Counted from the first letter of the stretch, positions 1 through 10,375 are shown. The stretch: DNA of 64,000 bases from Bacteroidota bacterium (GCA_051715425.1 JBPXJS010000052.1:51801-115800), one strand, 5' to 3'. Translations and numbers: made by a program. The notes: generated from the letters alone by a model not told the origin.

Positions 1-1
1 C

Positions 2-355
2 CGTTTTCATTTTTACGGTAAAAGTTGGCAATACAGTTGTATAGGGATTTTTTCCGCCAAAATCGTGCTTTAAAAAAACGCCTGCCTGTATTTTTACGTG
101 TTGGTTGGGTTGAACATACACTGCCGGTGTAAGCTGATATCCGAATAAGGTACGGCCGAGTTCAATATCATTAAAATACTCGGTATTGCGCATATAACTG
201 AATGCACCTAAGGAAAGGCCAACAGTATTGCTGTCTGATTTCTCCAGCACTATCTGGTCGCTTATCATGGTATTGTTTAACTGGGAAAAGGCCTTACCGG
301 AATAACCCAAAAATATCAGGAGAAAAATACGTGATAATATAATCTGGCGATACAT
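2..355 (-). CDS. Exported, probably outer-membrane, hypothetical protein (5' part; runs off the window start)
   Basis: Hand translation from ATG at 355: MYRQIILSRIFLLIFLGYSGKAFSQ...NTEYFNDIELGRTLFGYQLTP...AGVFLKHDFGG, open to position 2; signal-peptide-like N-terminus. Confidence 0.7.
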   Translation of the reverse strand, partial: MYRQIILSRIFLLIFLGYSGKAFSQLNNTMISDQIVLEKSDSNTVGLSLGAFSYMRNTEYFNDIELGRTLFGYQLTPAVYVQPNQHVKIQAGVFLKHDFGGKNPYTTVLPTFTVKMKT

Positions 356-357
356 GG

Positions 358-1146
358 TTAAAGCTCCATTGCTCCTGCCACCAGTTCTGCAATATCTTTT
401 ACTTCTATTTCCTGTTCCTTGTTGTGGTGTTTCACTCCATCGCGCAACATGGTCATACAAAACGGGCATGCAGCGGCTACAATATTTGGCTGCGTTTCCA
501 GCATATCATCAGCTCTTTCAATATTCACTTCTTTTTTCCCGTTTTCAGCATCCTTAAACATTTGCGCACCACCAGCACCACAGCATAAACCGTTTGTTTT
601 GCTGCGTTTCATCTCCACCAATGCGGCATCCAGTTTTTCTATTACCTCACGCGGGGCTTCATAAATATTATTGGCACGACCCAGGTAGCAGCTATCATGG
701 TAAGTAATGCGCTGGCCTTTAAAAGCTCCTCCGTTAATGGCAATTTTGCCATCCCTGAGCAATTGATTAATTAAAGTGGTATGGTGCAATACTTCATAAT
801 TGCCGCCAAGTTCAGGGTATTCGTTTTTAAGGGTATTAAAACAATGCGGGCAACCGGTAACAATTTTCTGTACCCCATACATATTGAGGGTAGTGATATT
901 TTGCATAGCCATCATCTGAAACAAGAACTCGTTTCCGGCACGTTTGGCCGGATCTCCGGTGCATGCCTCTTCTGTGCCCAGTATGGCAAATTTAATACCT
1001 GATGCATGCAGAATTTTTGCCACCGCCTTGGTTATTTTTTGGGCACGCTCATCAAAACTTCCTGCACATCCTACCCAAAACAATATTTCTGGCGTTTCTC
1101 CCGAAGCCGCCATATCTGCCATTGTACGCACTTTAAATTCGCTCAT
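358..1146 (-). CDS. (Fe-S)-binding CCG-domain protein (FadF C-half / HdrD / GlpC-like)
   Basis: FWVGC, CTGD, GCPHC, YHDSCYLGR, CCGAGG and CPFC motifs. Confidence 0.9.
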   Translation of the reverse strand: MSEFKVRTMADMAASGETPEILFWVGCAGSFDERAQKITKAVAKILHASGIKFAILGTEEACTGDPAKRAGNEFLFQMMAMQNITTLNMYGVQKIVTGCPHCFNTLKNEYPELGGNYEVLHHTTLINQLLRDGKIAINGGAFKGQRITYHDSCYLGRANNIYEAPREVIEKLDAALVEMKRSKTNGLCCGAGGAQMFKDAENGKKEVNIERADDMLETQPNIVAAACPFCMTMLRDGVKHHNKEQEIEVKDIAELVAGAMEL

Positions 1147-1245
1147 GTGAAAATAATTGTGTGAGGCAATTTAGCAAAAACCATTGAAAACAAAAGAGGC
1201 CACCTGAAAACAGATGACCCTTTTGCCTACATGAAAAGAAACCTA

Positions 1246-2892
1246 CTACTGTTTTATTATTTTTTGTGTGCTTACCACCCTGTTTATATTTACCTGCACC
1301 ACATACAATCCGGGCGTCAGGTGATCAATGTTTATGGATTCGGTTGCAGATACTACCTGCTCAGCAATTACTTCAGTACCTTGAATATTGAATACTTTTA
1401 CCGCTGCCTTCTCTGTTTCTTCTTTCAGGTTTACAGAAAAATGATTGGTTGCAGGATTGGGGTAAATTTGGGCACCCGCCTGCCCCACTTTTTCAACACC
1501 GGTTGATCCGCCAGAACCCAGCTTCAATATCACGTAACCTGTATGATAAGCTCCGTTTGTGCCCGGAGTAGGTAATACAATGGTTCCGAATTTTTCGCCC
1601 TGAATAAATGTTCCGCCAATACAAAGGTTGTTGTTATCGGGTGTGGTTTCAATAATACCGGCATTGCTGGTAATAATGGCATCTGCACCCTGACCATTCC
1701 ACTCTAAGGTTCCGTCACTTGTATAAACCCCGGCTATTACTCCTTTATCCGATTTGGAAACACTATCTGTGGCATTGGTTTGCACATACATAGATGCTAC
1801 CGGATTGATAATAACATACAATTTACCATTTACAACCTTTCCGTATTGCACCCCGTTTGTTTTTAATGTAGCTGTATGGGTACGCAACCAGGCCAATGCT
1901 CCTGTATTGTCCAATTTAACCACGTAACCCACGTTAGGTCTAACAGTAATACCGTTTATAACAGATTCCCAGCCATCATTAAAACCCGTGAAATACATAT
2001 TTCCGCCCGCATCTACACTTACCGATTTAAGATCAGAACCTGAGCGGCCAACCACTGCGGTTTTTACCATTTGAGCAGCACCGCTTGCATTAAATTTTAC
2101 GGCAAAATGGAAATTATCATATACGGCCAATGTAACACTGTTTCCAAATTCTACTGTTCCGTTTCCTGCAGAGGTTGCCCCAACATATACATTGTCTGAT
2201 CCATCTATATCTATTGATTTTGCATAAATGGAACCGTTTTTTGTTAAAGCTGCCCACTGTACCACACCGCTGGTATTAAGCGATGCCACAAACATCTTAT
2301 ACATGGTATTGTTTTGCGTTCTGGGGAAAGAGAATGTTCCAATAGATAGGGAACGCCCTTTGGCATTTCCGGTAATAAATAATTTATCACCTTTAAGCAC
2401 ACCACGGATTGCTTCATCATCTCCTGCAAAACTTGCATCATCATGGGTGGAATTCCATTGCCAGTCTATTGTTCCGGTAGAAGAAATTTTAGCCACATAA
2501 ATATTTGCTGATGCATTAAATGTAGATTTAAGGCTATCCGTTAGGTAATAAACAGTGCCTTTTACAGAGCCCAGCAGATAATTGTTTCCTGCTCCATCAG
2601 TTATTACCTGATTTACTTTAATGCCTGAGATAATGTCTTTTCCTTTAAAAAGAATGGACCAATCTATTGCTCCTGCAGCGCTTATTTTACGAACCACTTT
2701 TGCGATGGTCATTACCGGTGTGGTAAACAAAGAGTCTTTTATCACCACCCTCGATCCGTCATTGCCGAAACCTATAACCTGCATATGGGCATCGCTTGCC
2801 ACATATTGATGCCATGTTGGCGTTTGTGCCTGTAAATCCAAACAAGCCAAAAGAACAGCCACTACAGATGATATATATTTAGTTTTTTTCAT
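1246..2892 (-). CDS. T9SS-secreted beta-propeller-repeat protein
   Basis: Signal peptide; repeated D-G-x-x-N-x-Y and K-x-x-x-x-G-x-x-x-W blades; C-terminal IYPNPAT...GLYVV...KIIKQ sorting domain. Confidence 0.8.
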   Translation of the reverse strand: MKKTKYISSVVAVLLACLDLQAQTPTWHQYVASDAHMQVIGFGNDGSRVVIKDSLFTTPVMTIAKVVRKISAAGAIDWSILFKGKDIISGIKVNQVITDGAGNNYLLGSVKGTVYYLTDSLKSTFNASANIYVAKISSTGTIDWQWNSTHDDASFAGDDEAIRGVLKGDKLFITGNAKGRSLSIGTFSFPRTQNNTMYKMFVASLNTSGVVQWAALTKNGSIYAKSIDIDGSDNVYVGATSAGNGTVEFGNSVTLAVYDNFHFAVKFNASGAAQMVKTAVVGRSGSDLKSVSVDAGGNMYFTGFNDGWESVINGITVRPNVGYVVKLDNTGALAWLRTHTATLKTNGVQYGKVVNGKLYVIINPVASMYVQTNATDSVSKSDKGVIAGVYTSDGTLEWNGQGADAIITSNAGIIETTPDNNNLCIGGTFIQGEKFGTIVLPTPGTNGAYHTGYVILKLGSGGSTGVEKVGQAGAQIYPNPATNHFSVNLKEETEKAAVKVFNIQGTEVIAEQVVSATESINIDHLTPGLYVVQVNINRVVSTQKIIKQ

Positions 2893-2909
2893 GTCTCAAT
2901 CAGTTATGC

Positions 2910-3833
2910 TTAGTGTTTTATAAATTTTTTGGTTACCACTGCATCACCGGCCTGTATCTGAATCCAGTACATCCCCTGGCTTAAGTGGCCAATATCAATG
3001 CTGTTGTTTTTGTTTACTTCTTTTGTTGTAATCACTGTTTTCCCGCTCACATCAACAACCCTTACACTGATCAAATCAATCTGTTCAGGAATTTCCACAT
3101 AAATTGATTCTGATGCCGGGTTTGGATATACTGACACATTGCTAAGCGTGTTATCCTCCAGCCCTGTTGGTGTGCTTGCAATAGGCTCATAATAGTAGGC
3201 CGCAGCTATGGTATCACTCAACACATTGTATCCAAACAATTTCTGATAATGTGGTTTAAACTGATAGAACCAAACAACGGTATCGGTATTTGTGCTTTTG
3301 GTATACACCAGCATGGCCACGCTATCATACGTTTTGGTTTTTACTTTTAGGGTACCATATCCGGCATAGTTTACAAACATGCCTCTGTAATTAAGAGTGG
3401 AACCATACGACTGGTTAAACACAATGAGGGTATCGCCTTTTCTTTCAGCGTTGGAACCGGAACCTTTCTGACCAATTAAATGCAGGTGATCTCCTTTGTC
3501 TTCATAAAAATCCATTGGGTTGAGGTTAATATCCGGAGCGCCTATATTCAGCATTTCCACATAAGATGTAGAAGGAAAACTGTCACGCAGGGATTGTTTT
3601 ACCCCTGAAAGCGCAAGGATTTTATAACCTGCCAATGGAGTGGTGGTAATGCTGCTAAAATCCCACACCTTATCAGCACCGGTCTGCGCCTTGCTTAAGC
3701 CGGATAAAGATGTTACCCTTAACATTTGGTATTCGGTGCCCACTGGTGGCAATGTTTTGCTCATGGTTACCTGAGCACTTAGTGGAGCATAAGCGATGCA
3801 TAAAGCTCCGAGAAGCAGTAATTGTTTTTTCAT
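2910..3833 (-). CDS. T9SS-secreted protein
   Basis: Signal peptide; VWDFS and GYGTL motifs; C-terminal VYPNPAS...GMYWI...KFIKH sorting domain. Confidence 0.85.
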   Translation of the reverse strand: MKKQLLLLGALCIAYAPLSAQVTMSKTLPPVGTEYQMLRVTSLSGLSKAQTGADKVWDFSSITTTPLAGYKILALSGVKQSLRDSFPSTSYVEMLNIGAPDINLNPMDFYEDKGDHLHLIGQKGSGSNAERKGDTLIVFNQSYGSTLNYRGMFVNYAGYGTLKVKTKTYDSVAMLVYTKSTNTDTVVWFYQFKPHYQKLFGYNVLSDTIAAAYYYEPIASTPTGLEDNTLSNVSVYPNPASESIYVEIPEQIDLISVRVVDVSGKTVITTKEVNKNNSIDIGHLSQGMYWIQIQAGDAVVTKKFIKH

Positions 3834-3855
3834 GGTTTTGTTTATTTGTTAGGTT

Positions 3856-4887
3856 CTATTTTTGGTACTTTTTTATGCCTTCTGTAAGATAGGTGCAAAG
3901 CGGATCGGCAAGACCCAGCACCACATTGTCAAATCCATTGGCATTTAATTTTTGTGTTTCCGGATCTTTTTTGCGGCTGTTGTAAATAATAATATCCGGT
4001 TGAAAACGGGTGGCACAATAAAACTGACCTCTTCTGTAGAACAGGGGCTTTTTACCTCCTTCTTCCACCTGCAAAGGGTTGGGCCCCATTAAAATCATAT
4101 TGGCATTTTGCAATACAATACGTGTATCTTTTGGCTGATAAATGGTGAAATAAACAATCAGTACCGCATCAACACCCAGTTTCGAGGCCAGATCATATCC
4201 TATAGAGTTTTGCATGTTCTCATCATCCAGCATGAGCATGGTTTGTTTGTCGGTAATTTTTTTGTTGTAATCCATGGTAGATAACATGCCCGATTTGGAA
4301 TAATTATCAAAAGGTTCATATATAATATCCAACGGTTTGGTTCCTTCAGGCCATGCGTAAACAGTGGTGTGGTCGGCACTGCCCAGGTTTTTAATAAAGT
4401 TGTTAAACTTATCGTGTTTCACAGAAAAACTTTCGAGGTATTGTTTCTTTTCTTCGGTATCCAGAAACTGTTCGGGCAATAACAGGTCCATACCATTTGC
4501 CTTAAATTTTTCAATCAGCTTATCAATGCTGGAGTAAAAAAATCCGTCAACAATGGCAGATGCCGACCCTTTAGACAATCCCCTCGTTTTAGTTACCGTG
4601 GTAGTGGAAACATAAGTCATTCCTTCGCTGGAGTAGCTGTACTTTTTGGTAAGTCCCGGATCGAAAGTAAAAAAGGAAACCAGGGCTACTCTCTTGGGTG
4701 TAGCCTTCATCAGTTTTAAACTGGCACTGTAACCGCCACCATTTTTCGCCTTGCGGCCTTCTGTTGGGAAATTAAAAACTGTTTTTTTTGCTACTTTTTC
4801 TACTGAAGGATAATCTTCAGGCAATTCATTTTGGGCATAAACAAACAGGCTTAAACATATGCCTGCTGTAAGAAATAAAGTTTTCAT
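3856..4887 (-). CDS. Exported hypothetical protein
   Basis: 343-aa ORF, signal peptide ending VYA-Q; co-oriented with two T9SS cargo genes at 17-22 bp spacing. Confidence 0.7.
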   Translation of the reverse strand: MKTLFLTAGICLSLFVYAQNELPEDYPSVEKVAKKTVFNFPTEGRKAKNGGGYSASLKLMKATPKRVALVSFFTFDPGLTKKYSYSSEGMTYVSTTTVTKTRGLSKGSASAIVDGFFYSSIDKLIEKFKANGMDLLLPEQFLDTEEKKQYLESFSVKHDKFNNFIKNLGSADHTTVYAWPEGTKPLDIIYEPFDNYSKSGMLSTMDYNKKITDKQTMLMLDDENMQNSIGYDLASKLGVDAVLIVYFTIYQPKDTRIVLQNANMILMGPNPLQVEEGGKKPLFYRRGQFYCATRFQPDIIIYNSRKKDPETQKLNANGFDNVVLGLADPLCTYLTEGIKKYQK

Positions 4888-4974
4888 AGTTGGTTGTTGT
4901 TAGGTTTATCAAACCACCGGCTTGCGCTCTTTGATTTGATGCTACAAAACAACAACAGATTACCTACCTGATTC

Positions 4975-4994
4975 AATACGCTAACTTGCGTATT
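4975..4994 (-). promoter_or_regulatory. Palindromic operator AATACGC-N6-GCGTATT abutting a probable -33 element
   Basis: 7-bp inverted arms; on the minus strand the palindrome ends in TTG, and TTGTTTTG (4952-4945, one mismatch to TAnnTTTG) follows 21 nt later. Confidence 0.55.
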
Positions 4995-5058
4995 ATCACA
5001 ACCAGCCCATTTTTACATGGCCCGATTATTAAAAAACAAACGAAATAAATAAATGAAA

Positions 5059-6366
5059 TTAGTCTTCCTGGGTCCAGTTGGCGCGGTCCATGGGGCTAAA
5101 CTGCCATGGTGCCTGGTTGTTTTCGAGGTTGCTAAACATATTATTAAGAGAACCCGGAGCTGATGATTGTTCCATTACTTTATACCTGCGCATCTCTACA
5201 ATAATTTCCATCGGATTAATATTTACCGGACAAGCTTCCACACATGCGTTGCAGGTATTACACGCCCACAATTCTTCTTCGCTTATATAACTGTGCAGGT
5301 TTTTTCCATCATCAACAAAAGTTCCATTGTTGGCATCAATATTTTTTCCAACTTCTTCCAAACGGTCGCGTGTATCCATCATCACTTTTCTTGGTGATAA
5401 TAATTTGCCTGTAATATTTTGAGGGCAACTGCTGGTGCATCGTCCGCACTCTGTGCAGGTGTACGCATCCATCAGGTTTTTCCAGTTAAGGTCCTGCACA
5501 TCTTTAACTCCAAAACTGGTGGGCGGCTGATAACCCTCCGGAGTAGCAGCTGCAGGATCGAGCATCAGTTTTACTTCCTGAGTAACGCTGGCCATATTAT
5601 TAAGGTTTCCTTTGGCTTTGAGGTTGGAGTAAAACGTATTAGGAAAAGCCATAATAATATGAAAGTGCTTGCTAAACGGCAGGTAATTCATAAAAGCAAA
5701 AATGCCCAGAATATGGAACCACCATGCCGCTCTTTCTATTAAAATAAGGGTAGCATCGGAAAAGCCGCTAAACAGGGGAGCCAATAACCATCCGCTCACC
5801 GGAAAAGCACCTGCCTGCGTATAATGCGCAACACCTCGTGATTGCAAAATCTGATCGGCTGCATTCATTTTAAGCAAAGCACCCATTAAAACAATTTCTA
5901 TAAACAATATGGTGGTGGCATCTTTATTTGGAAACCCTTTGAGTTCGGGGCTTTGAAAGCGGGCCAGTTTTACCATATGCCTTCTTAAAAGGAAAATAAT
6001 ACAAGCCAGCAGCACCCCAAATGCAAGCAGCTCAAAAAAACCAATGGCTATATTGTACACAGGACCTAAGAAGGAAAGTACCCGGTGTGTGCCAAAAATA
6101 CCGTCAATAAGAATTTCCAGCACCTCGATATTAATCAGTACAAAACCAATATAAACGATTAAATGCAGGATAAAAGGCACCGGCCTTGCAGCCATTTTGG
6201 TTTGTCCGAAAGCCACTTTAAGCATGGTTTTCCAGCGCTCGGGTTTGTTGTCACTAAGGTCTATATCCTTGCCTAAGAGGATGTTTCTGCGGATTTTACC
6301 CAGGTTTTTGGCAAACAGATAGATGGCCACCCCCGAAACAAGAACAAATATTAGCTGTGCAATCAT
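5059..6366 (-). CDS. Membrane Fe-S oxidoreductase (FadF N-half: NarI-like TM domain plus 2x[4Fe-4S])
   Basis: Several TM helices; PFSKHFH; CTECGRCTSSCP and CNTCNACVEACP. Confidence 0.9.
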   Translation of the reverse strand: MIAQLIFVLVSGVAIYLFAKNLGKIRRNILLGKDIDLSDNKPERWKTMLKVAFGQTKMAARPVPFILHLIVYIGFVLINIEVLEILIDGIFGTHRVLSFLGPVYNIAIGFFELLAFGVLLACIIFLLRRHMVKLARFQSPELKGFPNKDATTILFIEIVLMGALLKMNAADQILQSRGVAHYTQAGAFPVSGWLLAPLFSGFSDATLILIERAAWWFHILGIFAFMNYLPFSKHFHIIMAFPNTFYSNLKAKGNLNNMASVTQEVKLMLDPAAATPEGYQPPTSFGVKDVQDLNWKNLMDAYTCTECGRCTSSCPQNITGKLLSPRKVMMDTRDRLEEVGKNIDANNGTFVDDGKNLHSYISEEELWACNTCNACVEACPVNINPMEIIVEMRRYKVMEQSSAPGSLNNMFSNLENNQAPWQFSPMDRANWTQED

Positions 6367-6449
6367 AATGGTAAATGCTGTGCTACAATTATAAAAAAAA
6401 GAACCGACACCCCGTGTGCTTTATAAAACAGGCTTTTTTTTACATTTTT

Positions 6450-6480
6450 TTTGGACAAAATAATAAAAGCAATAGATTTG
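6450..6480 (+). promoter_or_regulatory. Bacteroidota housekeeping promoter for tRNA-Phe
   Basis: TTTG (6450-6453), 19-nt spacer, TAGATTTG (6473-6480) matching TAnnTTTG. Confidence 0.65.
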
Positions 6481-6495
6481 CAGCCCCAACAATAT

Positions 6496-6568
6496 GGTGC
6501 GGTAGCTCAGTTGGTAGAGCAAAAGACTGAAAATCTTTGTGTCGGGGGTTCGATTCCCTCCCACACCA
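6496..6568 (+). tRNA. tRNA-Phe(GAA)
   Basis: Cloverleaf: D arm GCTCAGTTGGTAGAGC, anticodon arm AAAGA-CTGAAAA-TCTTT, T loop TTCGATT; CCA not encoded. Confidence 0.95.
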
Positions 6569-6578
6569 CAAACAAAAA

Positions 6579-6603
6579 AAGGCTGACCCTCATGGTCGGC
6601 CTT
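6579..6603 (+). terminator. Hairpin downstream of the tRNA (terminator or processing site)
   Basis: AAGGCTGACC-CTCAT-GGTCGGCCTT. Confidence 0.5.
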
Positions 6604-6609
6604 AATTTT

Positions 6610-7029
6610 ATGGGTCGAATACTGGCTGTAGACTATGGAACCAAACGATGCGGGATAGCCGTTACAGACCCTTTACAGCTTATTGCCAACACCCTCTGCA
6701 CGGTAGAAACAAAAAAACTTCAGCCCTTTTTAAAAGAGTATATGGCCAGGGAACCTGTTGATACCATCGTAGTGGGTAAGCCACTGCAACTGGATGGGAG
6801 CGAAACACACTCCTCTCAACATATAGAAAAATTTGTACTTTCGCTGCGCCAGCTTTATCCCACAATAACTATTGAGCAGGTGGATGAGCGTTTTACTTCG
6901 GCCATTGCCCAGCGGGCTTTGCTGGAAATGGGGTTAAAGAAAAAAGACAGGCAAAAAAAAGAACATATAGATCAGGTAAGTGCCACCATTATCCTGCAAA
7001 CCTATATGGAAATGAAAAACGGACTTTAA
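6610..7029 (+). CDS. ruvX: Holliday junction resolvase-like / pre-16S rRNA nuclease YqgF
   Basis: ILAVDYGTKRCGIA, VVGKP, DERFTS, IDQVSA; start moved to ATG 6610 because the longer ORF overlaps the tRNA. Confidence 0.92.
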   Translation: MGRILAVDYGTKRCGIAVTDPLQLIANTLCTVETKKLQPFLKEYMAREPVDTIVVGKPLQLDGSETHSSQHIEKFVLSLRQLYPTITIEQVDERFTSAIAQRALLEMGLKKKDRQKKEHIDQVSATIILQTYMEMKNGL

Positions 7030-7045
7030 ATAATAATACGGATAC

Positions 7046-7600
7046 ATGATTTTACCCATTGTAGCCTTTGGCGACCCGGTTTTAAGAAAAAAAGGAATAA
7101 ACATTACCCCCGGTTATGACGGGCTTGATTTGCTTATTGACAGTATGTTTGAAACCATGTATGCTTCACACGGTGTAGGGTTGGCAGCCCCGCAGATTGG
7201 CAAATCCATTAACCTGTTTATTATGGATACTTCTCCTTTTGAAGACGAGAAATACCCGGCCTTAAAAAAAGTTTTTATCAATACCGAAATACTGGACGAA
7301 ACAGGAGAGAAATGGGAATATGAGGAAGGTTGCCTGAGTATACCACATATCAGAGAAAATGTAAAAAGGCATCCCAACCTGCGGGTAAGGTATCAGGATG
7401 AGCACTTTAATACTGTTGAAGAAACCTATGATGGCATTGCAGCCAGGGTAATACAACATGAGTACGACCATTGCCAGGGCAAACTGTTTGTTGACCATTT
7501 ATCGGAGTTAAAAAAACGCTTACTCAAAAACAAACTCATTAATATTTCAAAAGGAGCCGTAAAGGTGGATTACAAAATGAGGTTTCCGGCTACACGTTAA
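7046..7600 (+). CDS. def: Peptide deformylase
   Basis: GVGLAAPQIG, EGCLS, QHEYDH. Confidence 0.97.
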   Translation: MILPIVAFGDPVLRKKGINITPGYDGLDLLIDSMFETMYASHGVGLAAPQIGKSINLFIMDTSPFEDEKYPALKKVFINTEILDETGEKWEYEEGCLSIPHIRENVKRHPNLRVRYQDEHFNTVEETYDGIAARVIQHEYDHCQGKLFVDHLSELKKRLLKNKLINISKGAVKVDYKMRFPATR

Positions 7601-7734
7601 GGGTGTTTTTTTACCTTGGGTTGCAAACAACCTGCACAGCAGTAGTATATTTTGCAAAACAGTTATTTAAAAATCGCATTTTGCTGTTTTAAGTAAATTT
7701 CGCATTTTGCTTACTTGCCACAAAATTCAACGCC

Positions 7735-9615
7735 ATGTCACAAACATTTAATTCGCTTCATTACTATTTCAGAAATGCAGCTCACCACATTAAAGGCTTA
7801 GACAGTATTTATCTTCTTGAAAAAAAGAAGGACCATTGGGAAGAGCTTAGTTACAGAGAGGTGTTGAGGCAGGTAAATGCCATCTCGGCTTTTTTAATGG
7901 AGAAGGGATTTAAGAAGCAGGACAATATTGCACTGATTATAGAAAACTGCCCTGAATATATTTGTTTTGATCAGGCATTGATGCAACTGGGACTGGTAAA
8001 TGTATCCATCTATCCCACCCTCTCTGAAGCCGAAGTGGAGTATATTATCAATAATGCGGAAGCAAAAGCGATTTTAATTGGTACCCCTTTTTTATGGAGG
8101 AAAATAAATAAGATAAAAGCCAATTGCCCTACACTGGAATTGCTGATTACCGCATTCGACTCTGATAAAAAAGCAGAAGGAGGCATTACCTATAAAGATA
8201 TGGTGAACCAGGGAGAAGCCCTGTATGCGGGCCATAAAGAAGCTATTGAAACCCGATTGGCCTCCATTACACGCGATGATCTTTCCTGCCTGCTTTACAC
8301 CTCAGGAACCACAGGAAAACCCAAAGGAGCCATGCTTACCCATAATAATTTTATCACCAACGTGGAAATGGCCATAGACCTGATGCCTATTGTAAATAAA
8401 GATTTCAGGTTTCTTTCCTTTTTACCGATGTGCCATGTGTATGAACGCACGGCAACTTATTACCTGAGCACTATTGTAGGATCTCAGATTGCTTTTGCAC
8501 AAAGCCTGGAAGCGCTTTCCGGAAATATTATAGAAACCAAACCAACGGCCATACTTACGGTACCACGCCTGCTGGAAAGAATTGAAGAGCGGGTTAGAAA
8601 AAATGTAACCCAAAAAGGAGGCTTTAGTTTACAAATTTTTAACTGGGCATTTAAAGCGGGTGAAGAAAGACGTATTAACAAAGAAGAAGGGCGAAGCAAT
8701 GGTTTGTTGCTAAATGTAAAGCTTGCCATTGCAGAAAAACTGGTATTCTCGAAAATAAAGGCACGCCTTGGAGGAAACATGAGAATAATGATTTCCGGTG
8801 GTGGTGCCATGCCAAAACATGTGGGCGAATTTTTTGGCAATATGGGAGTTACCGTTTGCGAAGGTTATGGCCTTACAGAAACATCGCCCCTGGTATGCGT
8901 AAACGAGTCTGACCGTCAGGTTTTCGGAGCCGTTGGCCGTATCGGAAAAGGTTGTGAGGTAGCTATACAGAATCCGGACACCAAAGAAATTATAACCATA
9001 CAAACCAATACATCCTTTAACCCAACTTTTGAAAGTGCGGAAGGAGAAATTCTGGTAAGGGGAAACAATGTGATGAAAGGATACTGGCGCATGCCTGAAG
9101 CAACAGCCGAAGCTATTGATAAGGATGCATGGTTGCATACAGGTGATGTTGGGAAATTTTATAAGGGTTACCTCAAAATTACTGATCGTATTAAAAATAT
9201 TCTGGTAAACTCTTTTGGGAAAAACGTGTATCCAACACCCATTGAAAATACCTACCTTAAATCGCCAAAAATTGAACAGATTTTTCTGATTGGCGATAAA
9301 CAGGAATACCTTACTGCCATTGTTATCCCATCTAAAGAAGAGATGAAGGATACCTTTAAGTTTAACGATGCCTATTTTGAGCAGCCTGATGATTTTATTA
9401 CCGATGAGGAAATAGTAAAATGGATTGAGGCTGATATGAGGGAGTACGAGAAAGACCTTGGAAAATTTGAACGGGTAAAACACTTTATCATAAAAAGGCG
9501 TCCGTTTAGTTTGGAAGCAGGTGAAATGACTCCAACACAAAAAGCCAAGCGCAAAGTAATTGAACAAAAATACGCAGAGCAGATTGAAGCCATGTATGCA
9601 CTAACGGTGATATAG
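7735..9615 (+). CDS. Long-chain fatty acid-CoA ligase
   Basis: YTSGTTGKPKG, GYGLTETSP, WLHTGDVG, TDRIKN. Confidence 0.92.
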   Translation: MSQTFNSLHYYFRNAAHHIKGLDSIYLLEKKKDHWEELSYREVLRQVNAISAFLMEKGFKKQDNIALIIENCPEYICFDQALMQLGLVNVSIYPTLSEAEVEYIINNAEAKAILIGTPFLWRKINKIKANCPTLELLITAFDSDKKAEGGITYKDMVNQGEALYAGHKEAIETRLASITRDDLSCLLYTSGTTGKPKGAMLTHNNFITNVEMAIDLMPIVNKDFRFLSFLPMCHVYERTATYYLSTIVGSQIAFAQSLEALSGNIIETKPTAILTVPRLLERIEERVRKNVTQKGGFSLQIFNWAFKAGEERRINKEEGRSNGLLLNVKLAIAEKLVFSKIKARLGGNMRIMISGGGAMPKHVGEFFGNMGVTVCEGYGLTETSPLVCVNESDRQVFGAVGRIGKGCEVAIQNPDTKEIITIQTNTSFNPTFESAEGEILVRGNNVMKGYWRMPEATAEAIDKDAWLHTGDVGKFYKGYLKITDRIKNILVNSFGKNVYPTPIENTYLKSPKIEQIFLIGDKQEYLTAIVIPSKEEMKDTFKFNDAYFEQPDDFITDEEIVKWIEADMREYEKDLGKFERVKHFIIKRRPFSLEAGEMTPTQKAKRKVIEQKYAEQIEAMYALTVI

Positions 9616-10373
9616 TGACCCGTGCACAAATAATATGGATTACCCTGTTGCTGATATCGGGTAAAAGCTGGTGCCAGCAACGTTTTTTGCCTGATTCCTT
9701 ATTTCTTAAAAGCGGTAATATTTTTGCCGAAGGAGGTATTTCCTTTGCGGTATCGGATTATGGTGCTGCCGAGCTTACCAGGGCTGCCGGGTTTGCCACA
9801 ACGGGTTTTTGCTTTAAAACCGGCCTGAGTTACGAAGCACTGCCTTATATGGGATTTGGTTTACAGTATATGTATAACAACAATCCTTTTGATGCTTCAA
9901 CTTACCTGAGTAAGACAGCACAGGCAGCATCGGCACAAACAAACGGAAACCTGATTTATACCGCCTATACATCCGACCCATGGATACTGCATGGGGTGCT
10001 GTTTGGGGTGTGTTTTCCCGTGAGAAGTTATAACACAACAGTTACACTTGGTATTTATGCCGGTTTTTTAAATGCCACCTTACCCACCAGCACACTTGAG
10101 TATACGGTGCGCTCCACCGGTGCCAAGGGGAAAGATTATTTTTATGAAGCCACCGCTGCTGATGCCGGTTATTCTTTTCAACTGGGTATTAGACGCAGGT
10201 TATGGCGCGACTTTTTGATTTGCGGGAAGGCCGAATTTTTGTATACAGAGCAGGAATTTAACTACCTTATTGTTACAGATTTAATAAACGGCTATTCTTA
10301 CCGCCTTCCCGACTATACCCAATATTATCACATCATTAACCTTCATGCAGGAATTGCCTGGCAGTTCAGATAA
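9615..10373 (+). CDS. Outer-membrane beta-barrel protein
   Basis: GTG start overlapping the upstream stop; signal peptide; amphipathic strands; C-terminal GIAWQFR. Confidence 0.7.
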   Translation: MTRAQIIWITLLLISGKSWCQQRFLPDSLFLKSGNIFAEGGISFAVSDYGAAELTRAAGFATTGFCFKTGLSYEALPYMGFGLQYMYNNNPFDASTYLSKTAQAASAQTNGNLIYTAYTSDPWILHGVLFGVCFPVRSYNTTVTLGIYAGFLNATLPTSTLEYTVRSTGAKGKDYFYEATAADAGYSFQLGIRRRLWRDFLICGKAEFLYTEQEFNYLIVTDLINGYSYRLPDYTQYYHIINLHAGIAWQFR

Positions 10374-10375
10374 AA

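Noticed and set aside
61-90. Possible frameshift at the A7 run in the first partial gene
   Set aside because: Recounting gives an intact frame (AGVFLKHDFGG).
6496-6568. tRNA as pseudogene or integration site
   Set aside because: One C-A mismatch in the acceptor stem but all other elements and the promoter are intact; no integrase or duplicated 3' end seen.
6451-6609. N-terminal extension of RuvX
   Set aside because: Overlaps tRNA-Phe and its promoter; homology starts at MGRILAVD.
8710-9567. 285-aa antisense ORF and the many other short shadow ORFs
   Set aside because: They lie opposite or inside well-supported genes and show no recognisable motifs.
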